Positions 57,617 through 64,000 of a DNA stretch of 64,000 bases are shown piece after piece. Position numbers and translations under genes: made by a program. Source of the DNA: the human T2T-CHM13v2.0 reference genome, Homo sapiens; the NCBI RefSeq assembly GCF_009914755.1, contig NC_060936.1; one strand, written 5' to 3'. Positions within the stretch are counted from its first letter, which is position 1; each line of letters starts with the position of its first letter. The notes beneath the pieces were generated by a model, which saw nothing but the letters and a program-made list of their open reading frames with translations, was not told the origin of the DNA and searched no databases.

Positions 57617-58126
57617 TGTAACTAAAACTACCACCCCATTTAGAAAAACAATTATTATTCTTTGTTTTTCTTCCCCCTCACTTCTTTCTATGCTGAGCTT
57701 TTAATAACGCTTAACTTACATGCATTGCTTAAAGAACTCCAGGAACGGGCCTTGAAAAACTAAGCATGAAATCAAGGTTGTGGAATGTTTCACCCCAGGA
57801 AGTATTTCATCTGTGTGTAGTTCATCTATATTCTTGTTGCAATCAACCAGACACCAGCTAGACCACCAGCTGGCCCACTGCTCAAGATAGTCATCAAGAC
57901 CAGACATACTACCCCTCACATAGTAAACTCTTGTGCATAGTCCATATCCCTGCTTCCCATAAAAACTCTCTAACTAGCCTGAGAAACTTGAGATGATCTT
58001 TGTGACATGAGTCCACCATCTCCTCAGGTTGTCGGCTCCTGAATAAACCTGCTTTTTCTCCCAACAACTCTTATCTCTCAAGTTTGGCTTTTGAGCTGTG
58101 AGCGGGTAAACCTGAGTTTTGTTACG
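57617..58126 (+). mobile_element. ERV1 solo LTR (MER34/LTR29/LTR48 group)
   Basis: tgtaac...tgaataaacctgc...ttggcttttgagc..tgagc...aacctgagttttgttac(g). 4-bp TSD tgcc. Confidence 0.75.
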
Positions 58127-58652
58127 TGCCTATGTTTAACGTTTTAAGTTATTATCAACAGGGATTATTAATGCTATTACATAGTTTTGCTTAGTATTTG
58201 GAATCCCACAGAATACACCTAATATGCCAATGAAAAATAAAATGCCAATGGTGTCTTTGTTATCAGTGAGAAATTAATCAGGAAAAAATTTGAAAAGAGA
58301 CATAATTGTTACGATCAAGTATTTAAAATGCAACTATATAATATTATTTTTGTAGCTTAGATAATGAAAGTGATTTGTCCTTCCTCTACTAATAATTTTC
58401 AAAATATTTGTTTTGTTTTTATTACTATTATTAAGGAGTTATTTTGAATATGTGAATAATACCTGTTGAGAATACTGATCTACAAAATGTTATAGAAGAA
58501 TAAACGGGAGGAGTACACACTACCCGATATTATGACATACTAGAGAGCTACAATAATCAAAACAGTGTGATATTGGTGGAGAGATAAACACTTACATCAG
58601 TGGAACCAGACAGAGAGTTTAGAAACAGACCCACACAAATATGCCCAATTGA

Positions 58653-58959
<307 letters not shown>

Positions 58960-59687
58960 CCAATTGATTCTTTTTTTTAAAGATACAATAGCAATTTAAT
59001 GAAAGGAGGATTGTTTTTTTCAATAAACGATGCTGCAGCAATTGGACATCCACAGGCAAAAAATGAACATGGAACAAACCTCACACATTATACATATGTT
59101 AACTCAAAATGAATCATGGCCTTAGATGTAAAACAAAAAACCATAACACTGTCAGGGAAAAAAACATGATACAGGGTAAGGTAGAGTTCGTAGACCTGAC
59201 ACCAAAAGCACAATTCATAGCAGGGAAAATGGACAAATGGCATTTCATCAATTTCTTTTTTCTCTGTGAAACACTGCTAAGAGGAAGAGAAGACAAGCTA
59301 CATCCTAGGAGAAAATATTTGCAAATCACATATCTGACAAGGGACTTGTATCTAGAATATATGACAAACTCTCAAAATTCAACAGTAGAAAACCAAATAA
59401 TTAGGAAAAGAGCAAAAGGAATGAACAGCGATTTCCCTCAAAAGGTTATTCAAATGGCAAATAAGCAAACAAAAAGATGTTCAGTATGAGTAACCATTAG
59501 GGAAATTCAATTAAAAACCACAGTGAGATATCACTGTATACCAATCAAAATGGCTAAAATAGTGACATCGCCAAATGCTGGTGAGGATGCAGAGAAAGTG
59601 GATTGTTTATACATTGCTGGTGGGAATATAAAATGGTGCAACCACTCTGGAAAAAGTTTGGTGGTTTCTTTTAAAAAACAAACATCT

Positions 59688-59990
59688 GGCCGGGTGTGGT
59701 GGCTCAAACCTGTAATCGCAGCACTTTGGGATGGCTTGAGGTCAGGAGTTCAAGACCAGCCTGACCAACATGGTGAAATCCTGTCTCTACTAAAAATACA
59801 AAAAATTAGCCAGGCATGGTGGCAGGGTCCTGTAGTCCCAGCTGCTCCGGAGGCTGAGACACAAGAATCACTTGAACCAAGGAAACGGAGGTTGCAGTGA
59901 GCCAAGATTGGGCCACTGTACTACAGTCTGGGCGATGGAACAAATAAACAATTAAAAAATTAAAAAAATAAAAAAATAAAAATTAAAAAA
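59688..59990 (+). mobile_element. AluS with left-arm deletion
   Basis: ggccgggtgtggtggctca...actttggga^tggcttgaggtcagg. Confidence 0.9.
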
Positions 59991-60303
59991 ACATACAAGT
60001 ACCACATGACATAGCCATTGCATTCTTGGCATTTATCAGGGGAAATGAAAATTTATGTTCACACAGAAACCTGTATTTGAATGTTCATAGCTGTTCCATT
60101 CATAACAACAACAACAACAAAAAACTGGAAACAACCCAGATGTCCTTCAATGTATGAATGATTAAACATACAAATAGGCGAAGGGTTAAACACTTGTTAT
60201 TTTTTGTTTTTTTGATAGTAGTCATCAAATGAGTATGAGCTGGTATCTCACTGTAATTTTGACTTGATTTGCATTTCCCAAATGATTAGTAACATTGAGC
60301 ACC

Positions 60304-60660
<357 letters not shown>

Positions 60661-61794
60661 TAAATCTGGTTGTTTGGTTTCTTTTGTTGAGTTCTATATA
60701 TATTCTTTTAGGAGTTCTCTGTATATTCAGGACAGCAATCTTTTATCATATAAATGATTTGCAAGTATTTTCTCCTGTTCTGTGGGTTGCCTTTTTACTC
60801 CGTTGATAATGTTTTTTCATGCGTAAATTTCTAAAATTTGCATGAAGCCCAATTTATCTGTTTTTTTTTTTTTTCTTTTGTTGTCTGTGTCTCTGGTGTT
60901 ATATCCAGCATGTGGCTATCCAGCTTCCCCAGGTTCATTTGTTGAGGAGCCTGTCCTTTCACCCATTGAATTCTCTTGGTCCCTTTGTCAAAAATCATTG
61001 GACTATAGATGCAAGAGTTTGCTTCTGGCTCTGTATTCTATTGTACTGGTCTATATTTTAGTTGAGTATGATGTTTACTGTGGTTTTTTCCATATATGGT
61101 TTTTATTGCATTGAGATAGTTTCCTTCTATTCTTAGTTTATTGAGTTTTTTTTCATCATGAAAGTGTTTTGAGTTTGGTCAAATGCTTTTTGCATCAGTT
61201 GAGATAATCACGTGGTAATTTTCCTTTGTTCTGTTAATGTAGTGTATTACATTATTCATGGTGTGTATACTGAACCATCCTTATAAGCCAGGAATAAATT
61301 CCATTTAAAATGGAGCTTAATTCTTTAATAAGCTACTGGATTTGGTTTGCTAGTATTTTGTTGAGAATTTTTCCATCAGTGACCACAAGGAATATTGGTC
61401 TATAGTTTTATTTTCTTTTGGTGTCTCTTACTTTGGTATTAGGATGATTTTGGCCTCACAGAACGAGTTAGGAATTCTTTCTTCTCTTCAATTTTTTTGG
61501 AAAACTTTGAGAAGAATTGGGATTAGTGCTTCATAAAATGTTTGGTAGAATTCACCAGTGAAGTCAGCAGGCCCAGGGCTTTTTTGTTGTCGTTGGAAGG
61601 TATTTGATTAATGGTTCAACCTCCTTACTAGTTATAGGTCTATTCAGATTTTCTATTTCTTCATGGTTTAATCTAGGAAGGTCTTACGTTTCTAGGAATG
61701 TGTTCATTTTATCTAGGTTATTCAATTTATTAGTGTGCAATTGTTCACAGTATATTACCTTTATTTCTGTAGAATCAGTAGATCTGTCCACACT

Positions 61795-62120
<326 letters not shown>

Positions 62121-62546
62121 TCATTTCTAATTTTAGTAATTTTAGTCTTCTCTATTTTATTTCTTAGTCCATCTAGCGGAAGGTTTTTCAGTTTTGTTAA
62201 TCTTTTCAAAAAACCAACTTTGTGTTCATTGTTTTTCTCTATTATTTTTCTATTCTTTATTTCATTTATCTCTACTCTAATCTTTATATTATTTCCTCCC
62301 TCTGCTAGGTTTAGGTTTATTTGTTCTTTTTTTCTAGTTCCTTGAGTTGTAAAAGATAGGTTGTTTACTTGAGATCATTCTTTTTAACACAAGAATTTAT
62401 AGCTATTAATTTTTCCTTTAGCACTGTTTTCACTGTGTCCCATAAGTTTTGGTATGTTCTGTTCTTGTTTTCATTTGTCTCTAAGTATTTTCTAGTTTCC
62501 ATTGTGATTTCTTCTTTGATCTATTGGTTGTTTAAAAGTGTGCTGT

Positions 62547-62847
<301 letters not shown>

Positions 62848-62929
62848 TTAATTTCCAGAAATTTGTGATTTGTTTTGTCTTCCTTCTGCCATTGATTTCT
62901 AGCTTCATTCTGTTGGGGTCATTCTGTTG

Positions 62930-63172
62930 GCAGTTTGCTTCTTCATGGCCAACATAAGAATTTCTATTTTTGGTCAGCTGAAACGGAGTCTTATATAAAG
63001 CTCACAAGAGTGACTTTCCCATCACCTTCGCTATATAATGTAACCTAATCAAAGCAGCAACTACTGCCCACATCATACAGAACTTCAGCCCATACTCAAA
63101 GGGAATAGGTTGTACAGGGCAAGTACACCAGAGAGTTGGAATCTTGAGGGCTATCTTAGAATTCTGCATACA
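62930..63172 (-). mobile_element. MLT1E-type LTR 5' fragment
   Basis: ggagtcttatataa...aatgtaacctaatc...atactcaaaggga...gctatcttagaattctgc. Confidence 0.75.
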
Positions 63173-63199
63173 GTAAATATTAAGTAAATATCATAGGAT

Positions 63200-64000
63200 A
63201 TTTATAAAAATGTATATGGAAGATATAATAAAGATATTGTAACAAACACCTGAGTACCCACTATTCATTTTTAGAAAAAAAGTATTATAAAATTTGAAGT
63301 TCCATATACCTATCCCACTTCCTGTCCATCGATCTTCAATCCTATTCATTAGTATGTGCTTTTCTTTATAGTTTTTGCCATGTTTGTATCCCTCAACAAT
63401 ATATGGTTTGTTTTGCAAAGTTTAACCTTATGGAAATGAAATTATCTGTATGTATTGACAATATCATGGTTCTGGGATTCAACCATGTTGTTCATTTTCA
63501 CTTCCGTGTAACATTTCGTGGTACGGATATACCATAGTTTATATTCTACTCTATTATGGATGGATATTTCTGTTCTAATTTTTGGCTATTCCAAACAATC
63601 CTGGCCATGAACATTCTTTTACATGGCTCTGTATATCTTGTGGAAATGTTTCTGTAGGTTATATATGCAGATGTGAAATTGATGTGTTATGGGATATGTA
63701 CAATTTCAGTATCATTAGTATTGCCAAATTATTTTCTAAAATAAGGCTGGGAAACATGGCAAAATCTCATCTCTTCAAAAAATACAAAAAGTAGGTGGGT
63801 GTGGCAGAATGCACCTGTGGTCCCAGCTACTCAGGAGGTGCAGGTGGGAGGATCACCTGAGCCTGGGGATATCAAGGGTGCAGTGAGCTGTTATTATGCC
63901 ACTGTACTCCAGCCTGAATGACAGAGTGAGACCCTATCTCAAATAAAAAAAAAAGTTACAATTTACAGTCTTATCACACCCTTGCTTTATATCCTTGCCA
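63200..64000 (-). mobile_element. Old L1ME 3' fragment interrupted by an Alu
   Basis: tttggctattccaaacaat..tggccatgaacattcttttacat...ttgccaaattattttctaaa. Confidence 0.7.
63745..63954 (+). mobile_element. AluJ, 5'-truncated
   Basis: ctgggaaacatggcaaaat...gtgagaccctatctcaaataaaaa. Confidence 0.88.

Noticed and set aside
59109-59900. 126-aa and 125-aa ORFs
   Set aside because: Frameshifted remnants of L1 ORF2 C-terminal region running into an Alu.

Overview
Primate (human-like, catarrhine) AT-rich, CpG-depleted non-coding DNA, either intergenic or a long intron. I cannot recognise any protein-coding exon, RNA gene, CpG island, or prokaryote-type system (CRISPR, operon, phage), and I cannot name the locus. 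Roughly half the window is interspersed repeats. There are 33 Alu-family elements (AluY, AluS, AluJ, FLAM), old L1 fragments (L1PA13-16-like, L1MB, L1MC, L1ME), many L2 and MIR fragments, hAT-Charlie MITEs (MER1A, MER1B, MER5A) and many solo LTRs (MLT1 types, MSTA, MER41B, LTR22, LTR16-like, other ERVL and ERV1). The ORFs in the track are short and either Alu/L1-derived or look like chance. The sequence does not support a new biological system. The most interesting observations are: (i) a MER41B LTR with one interferon GAS motif retained and one broken, near IRF and CTCF motifs; (ii) several micro-inversion/template-switch scars; (iii) candidate exons with good splice signals on both strands, possibly from lncRNAs; (iv) closely spaced inverted Alus. 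Repeat subfamily names come from remembered consensus features and should be confirmed with RepeatMasker/Dfam. Boundaries of old repeats are approximate.
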